DNA of 64,000 bases from Octopus sinensis (lineage: Eukaryota), in contig NC_043006.1 of assembly GCF_006345805.1 (NCBI RefSeq), forward strand, positions 8,060,001-8,124,000, in the 5' to 3' direction. The position numbers were made by a program, and so were the translations under genes. The first letter of the stretch is position 1. Every line of letters begins with the position of its first letter. Of this stretch, positions 51,231 to 64,000 are shown in pieces. Below the pieces are notes generated by a model. It ran no database searches and had not been told where the DNA came from. It saw only the letters and a program-made list of their open reading frames with translations.

Positions 51231-51929
51231 GTCGGGACTTGCGGGAGGTTTAGCTACTGTTTCTAGCAATAGAACCGATCACGCACAAATTCCCTTGACG
51301 TCTCGTGTTTTTCAGATGCTCTTTAGCTCCTACCTGATGAAACATCTCTCGAACTTACCATATTACGTCTTGTATAAAATCATTGTGCTTATCTCCACCT
51401 CCCGCTTTCTTCCTCCCTCCCTCCCTCCCTCCCCATTCCTCCCTCTTGCACTCCATGTCTGTTTCTGTGCATGCGCACGTGGATTAGAATATGGGACGAT
51501 GTGAGCATATACCTATTTATCATTGTGTTCATTAAATGTATAGAAATTGATTAGAGTTCATTGGATATTGAGGAACAGAAAGGAAACATCAGTGGGAAAC
51601 AGGGGACGGGTAGAACAGAGTATACAATTGAAGAGAAAGGGTGAAAGAGAGAGGGAGCAATACATAATTAAAGCCAGGAGTAATTATAACGAAACAGATT
51701 CGTGAGAGGACTAAATATCGCTAGCTATGAAGATATAAATATAGATAATAGAATGATTAGATGGAGACGCACAGTAAAACAGAGAAGATACTGTAAGGAA
51801 TACTGGGTGGGTATGTTGTTTTTTCCACCATGTCCAGTACACAAATTTCCTATCAAAACTACAGGCATCACCTATCTCTCAACTCTTGGATTAGTACCTA
51901 CCTATCTAATTGCATCTTGACGTAATATG

Positions 51930-52340
51930 TTGCCGAAGCTCTTTGTGCTCCCCTCTCAGTTAATTCTTGTGCCCCCCACCCCCCAGGATTCGGTTTTGCT
52001 GTTCACTCTCTTCCATCCATATACCAATGACCTACTTCCGAACATCAATGATCGACTTGGTAGCACATCCAACAATGCCCACATTGCTATGACCATTTCT
52101 CTCTAACTTTCCGCAACCCTTTTTTATCCATGTGCAAACACCAAGCCTGCATTGGTTCTATTAATGAAGGCATTGGGAGCATTTTCAGTTGATCCATGCT
52201 CATATTAAGAACATATTAATATTAAGAACACACCATACACCTCCTGAAGTAAAGTAGTACTAAGTAGGAATCCTCACAGTTTCTCTAAATGCTAATGTTC
52301 CTCTATTATCGAGAATCTCTTCTGGCAAAAAACACATTCA
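51930..52340 (-). mobile_element. Possible L1/Tx1-like ORF2 C-terminal relic
   Basis: W-rich decayed translation reminiscent of the zf-RVT region; heavily disrupted. Confidence 0.3.
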
Positions 52341-52884
52341 TAGCATAGCTAGGACCGCAACCTTAAGACTGATCCTCTATATACTTAGACCAGTGTCGTG
52401 GGTTACGGGAAAATGGACATCGAGAGTTTGTGCATATGCATAGAAAACACAAGAATACAAATAAAAACTAAATCCTGTTAATAAGATACACATAATATTT
52501 TGTCTGTGCATATATATATAGATATACATTATACATGTGTATATGTAAGTACACACGTGTTTGTGTGTGCGTGTGTGTGTGTATGTATGTGTGTGTGTGT
52601 GTGTGTGTGTTGTGAAAATGTTACACTCCTTTCCACGTGTCAAAGTGGTATGATTCAGCCACTGTTAAGTCAGAAACTCTGTCATTGTAGGAAGTCAGTA
52701 GTAGTACAGTCGTTGTACAAGTTGGAGTCAGTATCAGTTACGTGATGTATACGAGTTCGAGTTACCGTCAAGGCAAACGTTTTCAAAGTCATTGTCGGCG
52801 ATGGTACGATTGACAAGTCAAAGTTAAGACGTGGAATACTGCCACAACATATTAGTGGCGACAATAATAGTACAGGACCAACAT

Positions 52885-52977
<93 letters not shown>

Positions 52978-53070
52978 GTATTATATATACAATTGCAGCG
53001 TGGAAGGTGTTTATAAGCCATTTAAGAAACACACAAAAGCCTTTCGATTCACTTCAACATTTAAGTTTAA

Positions 53071-53120
53071 TTTGTCAAAATATTTTCGTCGCTAAAATTC
53101 GCGACCTATTCACTGACAAA
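53071..53120 (-). ncRNA. Hammerhead-like motif, G3.U8 core
   Basis: TTTGTCA-GTGAATA-G-GTCGC gaatttta GCGAC-GAAA-ATAT-TT-TGACAAA. Confidence 0.6.
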
Positions 53121-53156
53121 AATCCGTGCTATTAATATTCTTTACCTCCTAACATT

Positions 53157-53206
53157 TTTGTCAGTGAACAGGTCGCGGATTTTTGCGACGAAAATATTTT
53201 GACAAA
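53157..53206 (+). ncRNA. Type I hammerhead-like motif with swapped G3-C8 core
   Basis: TTTGTCA-GTGAACA-G-GTCGC ggattttt GCGAC-GAAA-ATAT-TT-TGACAAA: 7-bp stem I, 5+ bp stem II, palindromic stem III. Confidence 0.7.
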
Positions 53207-53342
53207 TTAAACTTAAATGTTGAAGTGAATCGAACGGCTTTTGTGTGTTTCTTAAATGGCTTATAAACACCTTCCACGCTGCAATTGTTTTCGTTTCAGC
53301 ACACGATCTCAGATCAAATTACTTGCTATGCGAGTACATCTC

Positions 53343-53384
<42 letters not shown>

Positions 53385-53481
53385 TATATATATATGTATA
53401 TAAAGCATATAAACATGTATATAAATTTATATATAAAGATATAACATGTATATAAATTCATATATAAAGATACACATGTAT

Positions 53482-53554
<73 letters not shown>

Positions 53555-53645
53555 ATATTATTAGAGACAAAACCACTATTTTGCAAAACAAACAAGGAAA
53601 GAGTTAATCAATACATAAAATTTTAATAAAAAGTCAATAAAACCG

Positions 53646-53688
53646 CCACTACAATTGTTTCTTGTCCTGATCGACAATCTTCAGGTGG
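53646..53688 (-). ncRNA. Type I hammerhead ribozyme, canonical core (left end of palindrome)
   Basis: CCAC-CTGAAGA-TTGTC gatcag GACAA-GAAA-CAATTG-TA-GTGG; GUA triplet. Confidence 0.85.
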
Positions 53689-56600
53689 ACTTCCAATCTA
53701 AAATATCAATATTTTAAAATATAAAAATAATAATTTTAAAATAATTAAAGTATTACTGAAAAAATATAAATATATAATCTATATATAACCTATATATAAT
53801 CCATATATAATCAATATATAAACAATATATAAACTAAAATAAACCTATCAACAATTAAATATAAAATATAAAATATAAAATATAAAACAAAACAAAAAAT
53901 AAACTATATATACACCCATACACATATAACTAATTATATATAACCATATCTAAATACATACACTAAATCACACACCTATATATATATCCCTATACATACA
54001 CATAAAAACGTCTAGGCAACGATAAATAAATAAAATAGCCAAATACTTCAACACAATACTTATTCATACTCCCCCACACACACATACAACCCATATTCCC
54101 GCTCTAGAAACGGACATCATTTAAAATTATGAATGGAGAAATGGAATAAATGGAATTAAAAATTATATTCACTTGGTAAAACGAACACTACTTAAAAATT
54201 ATGAATGAAATAATGCAATAAAACAACAGACATCGCAAATAGACACAAATTACTACGAATTCCTTAACAAAACTACCATGACAAACCAAAACTCATAAAA
54301 ACATATAATGATAAAATCTCCCTTTACTAAACTCTATAACATACCTATATAGCAATCCCCCTAACCTAAACATTCACACACAAATACACACACGTAAACC
54401 ACACACCCACGACATATACAAATACCCACCTCACTCACACATACCTATACATACATATAAACCTCAACATATACTCCAAAAACCCACTCAACCCCACACA
54501 GACAAATAAACACATACATCCCCAAACCTATATAGCAAACCCATAAACACATTCACACACAAATATACATACAAAACACACACCATATACATATACATAC
54601 TCACTAAACTCGATATATACAACAATATAAACACACCCACACTCATACAGATAAACAAACTACACAACCAAATATACGCACACACTCACACACAATCCCA
54701 CATACGTAAACACTCCAAAGAAAACAACATTATTACACATAATACGATATATAAAATACATCGTAAGTAACCAGAATATCAAAAATAACAATATGACATA
54801 AGGAGAAATAATATACATACTTTCAAGTCAGTTTCAAATTATGAAGTGAAATTAAATTCTAAGCCGTTAAAAACATCAACCAAAATTAAGTTACCATAGG
54901 AACATAACTTACGTATAAAAAGAATACGCGCTATGGAAGCAAACGTCATTTAAAATTATGAATGGAGAAATAGATAAATGGAATTAAAAATTATATTCAC
55001 GCGGTAACCAACATTATTTTAAAAAATTATGAATGGATTCTTTAATAAAACTACCATGATAAACTAAAACTCACAAAAACATAAATGATAAAACCTCCCT
55101 TTACTAAACCCTATAACATACTTATATAGCAATCCCTTTAACCTATACATTCACACACAAATACACACACGTAAACCACACACCCATAACAAATACAAAC
55201 ACCCACCCCACTCACACACACCCACAAGTACATATAAGCCTCAACATATACACCAAACAAAATTACGTTACCAAGGAACTTAACATATGTATAAAAAGTA
55301 TTCCCGCTCTGGAAACGAACATCTTTTAAAATTATGAATGGAGAAATGGAATAAATGGAATTAAAAATAATATTCACGTGGCAAAACGAACACCACTCAA
55401 AAATTATGAATGAAACAATGTAATAAAACAACAAACATCGTAAATAGACAAATTACCACGAATTCCTTAATAAAACCACCATGACAAACCAAAACTCATA
55501 AAAATCCCACTCACACCAATCATACATGTATACAATTACACACACAAGAACAATACATAACTAACCCAAATATACAGAACATACCTCAAATCACCAACAA
55601 ACCACCATCACAAATGAAACCCACACCCATACAATGACAAAACTCCCCCCTCCATACCCAATTACACCCACATAGCAATCCCCATATATTCATCCATACA
55701 CAAACACACATACGTAAAACACACACACACAACACATACGTACAACCCCCCAAACACACTCATATACATACGTATCAAACTCGACATCCACAGCAATACG
55801 CTCACACCCACTCACACCCAGATGGGCGAACTGCACAACCAAAAAACGCACACACACACGTGTGCGTATTTTGATTGTGCAATTCACCCATCCGCATGAA
55901 TGCGGGCGCGAACACACCGTTGCACATATCGAGCCCAACAAGCATGCACATGTACATGTGAGGGGGTACACGCACATGCCGTGCGCGTATACCCCCCGCA
56001 CTTATACCCGTGCGTGAATATACACATGGAGACTACCACACAGGTACAAACGTGCATAGCAAAGGGAGCCCCATCACTACACTCAATGCATACTCTCACC
56101 CATCCGCACGGATGTGGAAGCGAATCACCGGTGCATATATTGAGGCTCATACGTAGCACTATGGAAGCGAACGTCATTGAAATTGTGAATGGAATAAATG
56201 GAATTAGGAATTGTAACCGGGTGGTAGGCTAGCGTTGCTTAGAATTGGGAATGGAATAATGTAGTAGAATAGCAGGCATCAAAAATAGACGTGGGTTACT
56301 GCAAATTGTTTGTTAAAGCTGCCAAGATAAACTAAAGCTCATAAATGCATATAATAATTTATCATGGTAGTTTTATTAAAGAATCCATTCATAATTTTTT
56401 TAGGTAGTGTTGGTTTGCCGCGTGGATATAGTTTTTAATTCCATTTATTCTATTTCTCCATTCATAATTTTAAATGACGTTTGCTTCCATAGCGCGTATT
56501 CTTTTTATACATAAGTTATGTTCCTATGGTAACGTAATTTTGGTTTGATTTTTTTAACGGCTTAGAATTTAATTTCACTTCATAATTTGAAACTGACTTG

Positions 56601-58961
56601 AAAGTATGTATTTTATTTCTCCTTATGTCATATTGTTATTTTTGATATTCTGGTTAATTACGATGTATTTTATATATCGTTTTATGTGTAATAATGTTGT
56701 TTTTCTTTGGAGTGTTTATGTATGTGAGATTGTGTGTGAGTGTGTGCGTATTTTAGTTGTATAATTTATTTATCTGTATGAGTGTGGGTGTGTAAATATT
56801 GTTGTATATATCGAGTTTAGTGAGTATGTATATGCGTATATGTGAGGGAGTATATGTATATGTTGTGTGTGTGTTTTACGTATGTATATTTGTGTGTGAA
56901 TGTGTATATGGGTTTGTTATATAGGTTTGGGGATGTATGTGTTAATTTATCTGTGTGGGGAGGGAGTGGGTTTTTGGTGTATATTGAGGTTTATAAGTTA
57001 GTATAGGTATGTGTGAGTGAGGTGGGTATTTGCATAAGTCGTGGGTCTGTGGTTTACGTGTGTGTATTTGTGTGTGAATGTTTAGGTTAGGGGGATTGCT
57101 ATATAGGTTTGTTATAGAGTTTAGCAAAGGGAGATTTTATCATTATATGTTTTTATGAGTTTTGGTTTGTCATGGTGGTTTTATTAAGGAATTCGTGGTA
57201 ATTTGTCTATTTACGATGTTTGTTGTTTTATTACATTGTTTCATTCATAATTTTTGAGTGGTGTTCGTTTTGCCACGTGAATATTATTTTTAATTCCATT
57301 TATTCCATTTCTCCATTCATAATTTTAAAAGATGTCCGTTTCCAGAGCGGGAATACTTTTTATACATATGTTAATTTCCTTGGTAACGTAATTTTGTTTG
57401 GTGTATATGTTGAGGCTTATATGTACTTGTGGGTGTGTGTGAGTGGGGTGGGTGTTTGTATTTGTTATGGGTGTGTGGTTTACGTGTGTGTATTTGTGTG
57501 TGAATGTATAGGTTAAAGGGATTGCTATATAAGTATGTTATAGGGTTTAGTAAAGGGAGGTTTTATCATTTATGTTTTTGTGAGTTTTAGTTTATCATGG
57601 TAGTTTTATTAAAGAATCCATTCATAATTTTTTTAAATAATGTTGGTTTACCGCGTGAATATAATTTTTAATTCCATTTATTCTATTTCTCCATTCATAA
57701 TTTTAAATGACGTTTGCTTCCATAGCGCGTATTCTTTTTATACGTAAGTTATGTTCCTATGGTAACTTAATTTTGGTTTGATGTTTTTAACGGCTTAGAA
57801 TTTAATTTCACTTCATAATTTGAAACTGACTTGAAAGTATGTATATTATTTCTCCTTATGTCATATTGTTATTTTTGATATTCTGGTTACTTACGATGTA
57901 TTTTATATATCGTATTATGTGTAATAATGTTGTTTTTCTTTGGAGTGTTTATGTATGTGGGATTGTGTGTGAGTGTGTGCGTATTTTGGTTGTGTAGTTT
58001 GTTTATCTGTATGAGTGTGGGTGTGTTAATATTGTTGTATATATCGAGTTTAGTGAGTATGTATATGTATATGGTGTGTGTTTTACGTATGTATATTTGT
58101 GTGTGAATGTGTTTATGGGTTTGCTATATAGGTTTGGGGATGTATGTGTTTATTTGTCTGTGTGGGGTTGAGTGGGTTTTTGGAGTATATGTTGAGGTTT
58201 ATATGTATGTATAGGTATGTGTGAGTGAGGTGGGTATTTGTATATGTCGTGGGTGTGTGGTTTACGTGTGTGTATTTGTGTGTGAATGTTTAGGTTAGGG
58301 GGATTGCTATATAGGTATGTTATAGAGTTTAGTAAAGGGAGATTTTATCATTATATGTTTTTATGTTTTTGTTTTGTCATGGTAGTTTTGTTAAGGAATT
58401 CGTAGTAATTTGTGTCTATTTGCGATGTCTGTTGTTTTATTGCATTATTTCATTCATAATTTTTAAGTAGTGTTCGTTTTACCAAGTGAATATATTTTTA
58501 ATTCCATTTATTCCATTTCTCCATTCATAATTTTAAATGATGTCCGTTTCTAGAGCGGGAATATGGGTTGTATGTGTGTGTGGGGGAGTATGAATAAGTA
58601 TTGTGTTGAAGTATTTGGCTATTTTATTTATTTATCGTTGCCTAGACGTTTTTATGTGTATGTATAGGGATATATATATAGGTGTGTGATTTAGTGTATG
58701 TATTTAGATATGGTTATATATAATTAGTTATATGTGTATGGGTGTATATATAGTTTATTTTTTGTTTTGTTTTATATTTTATATTTTATATTTAATTGTT
58801 GATAGGTTTATTTTAGTTTATATATTGTTTATATATTGATTATATATGGATTATATATAGGTTATATATAGATTATATATTTATATTTTTTCATTAATAC
58901 TTTAATTATTTTAAAATCATTATTTTTATATTTTAAAATATTGATATTTTAGATTGGAAGT

Positions 58962-59004
58962 CCACCTGAAGATTGTCGATCAGGACAAGAAACAATTGTA
59001 GTGG
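58962..59004 (+). ncRNA. Type I hammerhead ribozyme, canonical core (right end of palindrome)
   Basis: Identical to 53646-53688; predicted cut after A59000. Confidence 0.85.
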
Positions 59005-59183
59005 CGGTTTTTTTGACTTTTTATTAAAATTTTATGTATTGATTAAGTCTTTCCTTGTTTGTTTTGCAAAATAGTGGTTTTGTCTGTAATAATACTATAT
59101 AATATTTTACTATAAAATTGGATTTAATCCTAAATCTGATTTTTTCCCTGTAAATTTGGATTTATTCCCTAATATTATATATA

Positions 59184-59236
<53 letters not shown>

Positions 59237-60439
59237 TAGACATATATATGCAAATGTACGTACGTACGTATGTATGTATATTTTGCTTTTCTTTGAATGA
59301 AAGTATAAATCCCTCAACATTCCGCCAACATTTTTTCTGTTTCTGAACCTAATGCCAGTCAGATTCAACGGGACACGTCTGACCCTTAAGTTACATGTAC
59401 AGTCATTCCGACAGAGCTGAATAAAAAAAGACACGATAGCAGAATGAACATCGTGCCATTCGATGAAATGCTGGGCGTTTCAAATATTTCAACCGCAAAC
59501 GGATGTTGTGCACCGGCCCAAAAGAAAACCACGAAACAGTAGCGACATGAAGATACCATTACCTTGAGCCTAACTTCATTAGCGTCACATCAATGGCCAT
59601 GTAAAATATAGGAAGTTTTTTTCTGTCGCACTCCGTATTAAAAAAAATTGCTCAGCAATGTTTTTCGAAAGAGAACATAACATTTTTATTGTAACTTGCT
59701 ATTAGATATTAAGGAAATCGATATCTGTTTGATATCAAGCATAGATAAATCATTATCTATGCCATACCTGGTCGCTATAACCTGGAAATTTGACCAAATA
59801 TGCAGTTTTATTTGCCAAACAATATCCTGCTATAAAGCTTTGAAGATAAACAGCCATTACATGTCTACCAGCGATATGAAAGTTCATTTCTCTTCGAAAG
59901 AAGTAAAGGAAAAACACTTCATAAATATTTGGAGGTAAAGAATATTAATAGCTGGATAAAAAGGAGAATGTTCTCATACATTGCTGTAAGCGATAATTTG
60001 AAGATGTATCTCATCAAATATCACTCTATTACACACGGTTGTTGCTGATATATTAAAGAATCGAGTGAAAATGGCGAATTTGTAAGAAATGGGAAAGTGT
60101 CATAGTAAATGTCTCCCAGTGTTTAATATCTTTCTTCTACAACTAACTTCAAAAGACCAGCATGTTCGATTTTGCTAATCTTCCATCTGAAATCGATTCC
60201 ATAATTTTCAACAAATCTTTTCCAATTTTAATGGAAAGAAAAGCAACGGAAGACGAATTTAACTAAAACATTTACACACTCTAAAAATACTAGTCTAACT
60301 AATTTTCAAGTATTATAGGCGACGAAACAGATGTAGTCGAAAACTCTTTACAAATAAAGTAACAAAATTCGGGTTTAGATTCTAGATCGAAGACAATATT
60401 AGATGCTATTTAACATCTCCATAAATGGAAACATTGCAC

Positions 60440-60700
60440 ATTTAACTACACTTCACTATCCATACACATCTCTTTTTGAACTCACCCACTTCGCTTTTCA
60501 CTATTTCGCACTTACTTTTCTCTCTCACGCTCCTTTCTCCTTCCCTTTCCTTCTTCCTCACTAATACTCCCACTCTTTTTCCAGACTTACTCTCCCCATG
60601 ATCCTTATTGTGTTTCCATATCAGGTGTTTTATATCCACTCCTCGACTGTTTTTCTACATCAATCCTACTTTGTAAAAAGAAGTGTAAAATAGCCATCAT
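60440..60700 (-). mobile_element. Possible LINE APE endonuclease relic
   Basis: LIWK..GESKSGKRVGVLVRKK..V.E...RCVWIVK resembles the W..G....GGVG.LV motif of APE domains. Confidence 0.3.
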
Positions 60701-61679
60701 TCCTTTGTCTTTACCTCTTATTTCTGTCTTTTTTTTCTTTTCTTCTTTTTGATTAAAAGTATAGCACAAAACTTTAGGTTCTCTTCTGTTCTCTTCATTT
60801 TTTGATTGCTGTTGTTTCGCGTCATGCGTCTAAGCTTTTCCATCAGTTGTCTTTTTTTAATTGCATGTATTATGTGTCTCCTCACTACTTCATATTCTTC
60901 CTAGCTTTATATGTTTGTCTTTCTATAATATATGTGTATGTATTTATACATACACATAAAGTTAACCCACTCAGCTGAAAACAATATCTGCATTTCTCAC
61001 GATGTGAGATTTTTAAAAAATGTAATTTTCTAAATAAAGTACCAGTTCTGTACTGAGATCAATTCTTCTCGTTCTCTCATTCATTTTCTTTGTCTGTCTC
61101 GCTTTCTAAAAGAAATAAGCTATAGTTAAAGAGTCTAATGAAAGCTCAATACACGCCGTATATCACGATGCCGCCCCTAAAGACTCCACCAGGAGTTAAG
61201 GGAACAAGACATGGTAAGACAAATTTATGTGTGGTGATATTTGTATATTTGAACAACGAATATTGTCAATGAGCCAATGGAAGTATACCATATGCTGAAC
61301 TATCATAATAGATTTTTTAAGATAGTTGATAACTTTTACTCGTTCTGTCTTGTTCATAATCCAACAAAAAATGTTTCTGTCAATCACACATTTTGTCAGA
61401 TGAGTAGAAGCGAATCTATAAAAGCTCTGATAATAATAATTATTATTTCTTATACAGGCTCAAGTTTAAGAAATTTAGAGGTATAAATTAATAAAAAAAT
61501 CGATTGCGGTACTTGACTGATACTCCCTTTTTTCATCCTCATTAGGCTGAAAAATTAAGTTGCCATCGGTGGAAATTTAACTCAGGAAGACTGCAGCAAG
61601 AAGCAGGAATAAATATCATAGTCCAATGATTCAGGTTCCCAAGTATAGACATTTATATAGAACCGTTTATTAACTCTAT

Positions 61680-62310
61680 AGAAAATGACACACTGACATG
61701 GATGACAAAAAGGAAGTCAGCACTGGTATAGGACAAAAAACAGAAAGCGGAAACCGATAATTATCGACTTACTACGTGTTTACGATTACTCTGGAAATTA
61801 TCAAATGGTCTCGTATTAGATGGCATATTAGATTGTGTATATAGCATTTTTGGATAAGGAGAATCTATTGTCATAGGAGCATAAGGGATGCAGAAAGTAT
61901 TCAAGAGAGTTACTCATGTGCTGTATATTGTCAGTAGTATAATAAATGAGATACGAATAAGAAAGAAAACTTTAGCAGTTGGATGGATAGACTACAAGAA
62001 GGCTTACGACAATGCTCCACAAGGCTGGATAATGAAGATACCTGATGACGCTCGTAGTCAATGAGAAGATAAACTGCTTTTTTGGAAAAGCAAGGATAGC
62101 GTTGAAACTAAAAATTAGTCGTAAGCAAACGTGAAAATACGTATAGTGATATTCCAGTGAAATTCGCTCCATCTCCATTACTTTCACCATTGCGTTAATC
62201 TCTCAGACAATATATTGAAAAGATCCAGGCCTGTCTATGGGGTTACCATAACCAAAGGGAAAATATACCACCTGCTTTATATGGACTACCTCAAACTATA
62301 GGCACAAATT
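61680..62310 (+). mobile_element. R4/Dong-like non-LTR RT fragment
   Basis: DNYRLTTCL.LLWK, EHKGCR, LAVGWIDYKKAYDNAP.GWI, IFQ*NSL, IYHLLYMDYLKL (decayed YMDDLKL). Confidence 0.75.
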
Positions 62311-62949
62311 CAAGCAATTTTGAGAGGAGGAGAGAGTCAATATCACCGACTACTTCACTTAACTGGTGCGTTATTTTATTGGTCCTTGACGAGTAAAAGG
62401 TAAAGTTGACATCGGAAGAAATATGAACACAGAGCACAAAAATCCGAAGAACGCAGTCTTTTGCCTATGCTCTAACAATTCTACAACATCACTGCCTTCA
62501 CACAGAATTGTGATTAGAAAGCTGTGTAAAATAAACTCTTAAGCAGTTAGAGCTGTCCATTGTTGATTATAGCTTGAAATTCAAATCCATCTACGGGTAA
62601 AAATCTGTTCTCTATAAGAAATCAAAATGTCCATTAAGAACTTATTGCTGATTTTTTTCTTGTTTTATAAATAAAAATACAAACTTAAATAAATAAATAA
62701 ATTAATAAATAAATAAAAGGAAAGTAAACATTAAAAGGGGGAATGATTTTTTTTTAAATAAAATAATTCTTTAAAGAGATTGCTCGGTGGAGTTAATGTC
62801 TCTCCAGGGATTTTTTTAAATTATAGCATTAGTTTTTGTAAAGCAGGAAACACAATCTCTACCATTTGGAATTTCATTTCCCTCGAGTTTGTTTCCGCAG
62901 CTATTTTTGTACATTGCAGCTAAATTCTAAAACAAATCGCGGTTTGGGT

Positions 62950-63350
62950 CTTTTCAGTTTGAAGGTCAGATTTTCCTAGTTAACTAAACAATTTGAAACT
63001 TCGTATACTGGTAGAATGTATCAAAAGAAAACATAATTGTAAACCAAAATGAAAACGGAATTGTAATTTCTAAGTTTAACGTTGTTTAAAAATTCGAATT
63101 TTAACCAATGATATTCTTTCTTTCGGCCTCATATTATTTACTGCTTCTCAAAATATTGTTACTGTGACGTAAACAGCTATTTTGTGACGTAGTTAACGTA
63201 AACATGTAAACAGACCTAGAGATTCGTTTGTGACGTAAACATCCGCTCATCGTAAATAGCTAAATTCGCTTGGCATCGTACACAGCTTTTTCAGTTCCCT
63301 AGAATTATATTTCAAAGAAAATAAAAAGAAAAAGATTCATACGCATAAAT
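62950..63350 (+). mobile_element. Unclassified dispersed repeat, also present at about 24160-24290
   Basis: ttaactaaac..aaacttcgtatactggtagaat..tcaaaa..aaaaca and ttcgaattttaaccaat are shared. Confidence 0.6.
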
Positions 63351-63649
63351 ATCCATCCTTAGACATCAGAAAATGAGTGTTTAAATTATTTTCCATTGTT
63401 TGCATTGCTTACACACACACACACATACATACATACACACATACTAAAATTACATCGTTGAAGCAGTAATTTATTTATGTATTTTTTGTTATACAATTTA
63501 TTTTAAAGCTGAATCCCTATCCTGCCATTAACCCCTTTCTTATAAAATAGTTGAAGAATCTGGGGTGTAGGTATTGGAACTTTTAACTTCTTGCTCTCTA
63601 CCTTATGATCTCCGAAATTTAAGAATCTTGTGTTAACTCGGCTCTTATT

Positions 63650-64000
63650 ATTTACTCTGACTCTGCCACCACCTCAATGCAAAGACTATCAATATCAGAA
63701 TCATCTTCACAACCACCACTACAACCATTACTACAACCTCGAATGCCACCACCACAACCATCTTCTGCAACCACAACCCCAAGATCAATACCAGCATCAT
63801 ATTCAAAATCACCAATTTCACCACCACTACACTCTGCAATGTCTTCAACTCTACCATCCATGAGACATCCTAACATAATCAATGCTACTACTACTATCAT
63901 CATTATCATCATCATCCACTGCCGCCACCACCACCACCACCTCTACAAAACACAACACTATAATTTCTACCATCATACACATCCACTGTCACCACTACAC
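63650..64000 (+). repeat. Degenerate CAC/CAT/ACT trinucleotide low-complexity tract
   Basis: Direct reading. Confidence 0.8.

Larger units (their letters stand above)
52990..53345. repeat. Head-to-head pair of G3-C8 family repeats (arms about 52990-53123 and 53154-53285, 30-nt spacer)
   Basis: Near-perfect reverse-complement arms; same family as 18170-18620. Confidence 0.93.
53556..59094. repeat. ~5.5-kb palindrome of an AC/GT-skewed, internally repetitive element
   Basis: 53556-55505 mirrors 57150-59094; inner 56361-57150 is mirrored by a scrambled 55505-56350. Confidence 0.9.

Noticed and set aside
56140-56440. ADAR-type A-to-I hyper-editing fossil (A>G on both sides of the hairpin turn)
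   Set aside because: Nearby segments show G>A and T>C clusters of similar density, which single-strand A-to-I editing cannot explain. Sequencing noise is more parsimonious; the region is kept only as a data-quality finding.

Overview
AT-rich eukaryotic DNA saturated with microsatellites. The tRNA-derived SINE families and (TA)n/(TATG)n load resemble octopod cephalopod genomes (inference from pattern recognition, not a search). I found no host protein-coding exon I can support; nearly all long ORFs in the track are microsatellite artefacts or transposon debris. Recognisable elements: at least 5 SINE families, a near full-length Tigger/pogo-like DNA transposon (37910-40346), mariner and DD37D/maT fragments, a decayed Penelope-like (PLE) RT ORF (about 30320-32400) split by a Helitron-like insert and a SINE, several LINE fragments, and a divergent 5S rRNA copy (50407-50525). 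The main signal is a dense set of type I hammerhead ribozyme (HHR) motifs with palindromic stem III, from several unrelated repeat families. They repeatedly sit as inverted pairs (left copy on minus, right copy on plus), including both ends of a roughly 5.5 kb palindrome (53556-59094). One family has a swapped catalytic core, GUGAACA (G3-C8 instead of C3-G8), which standard CUGANGA searches would miss. No ribozyme activity is shown here; all HHR calls are manual structure fits.
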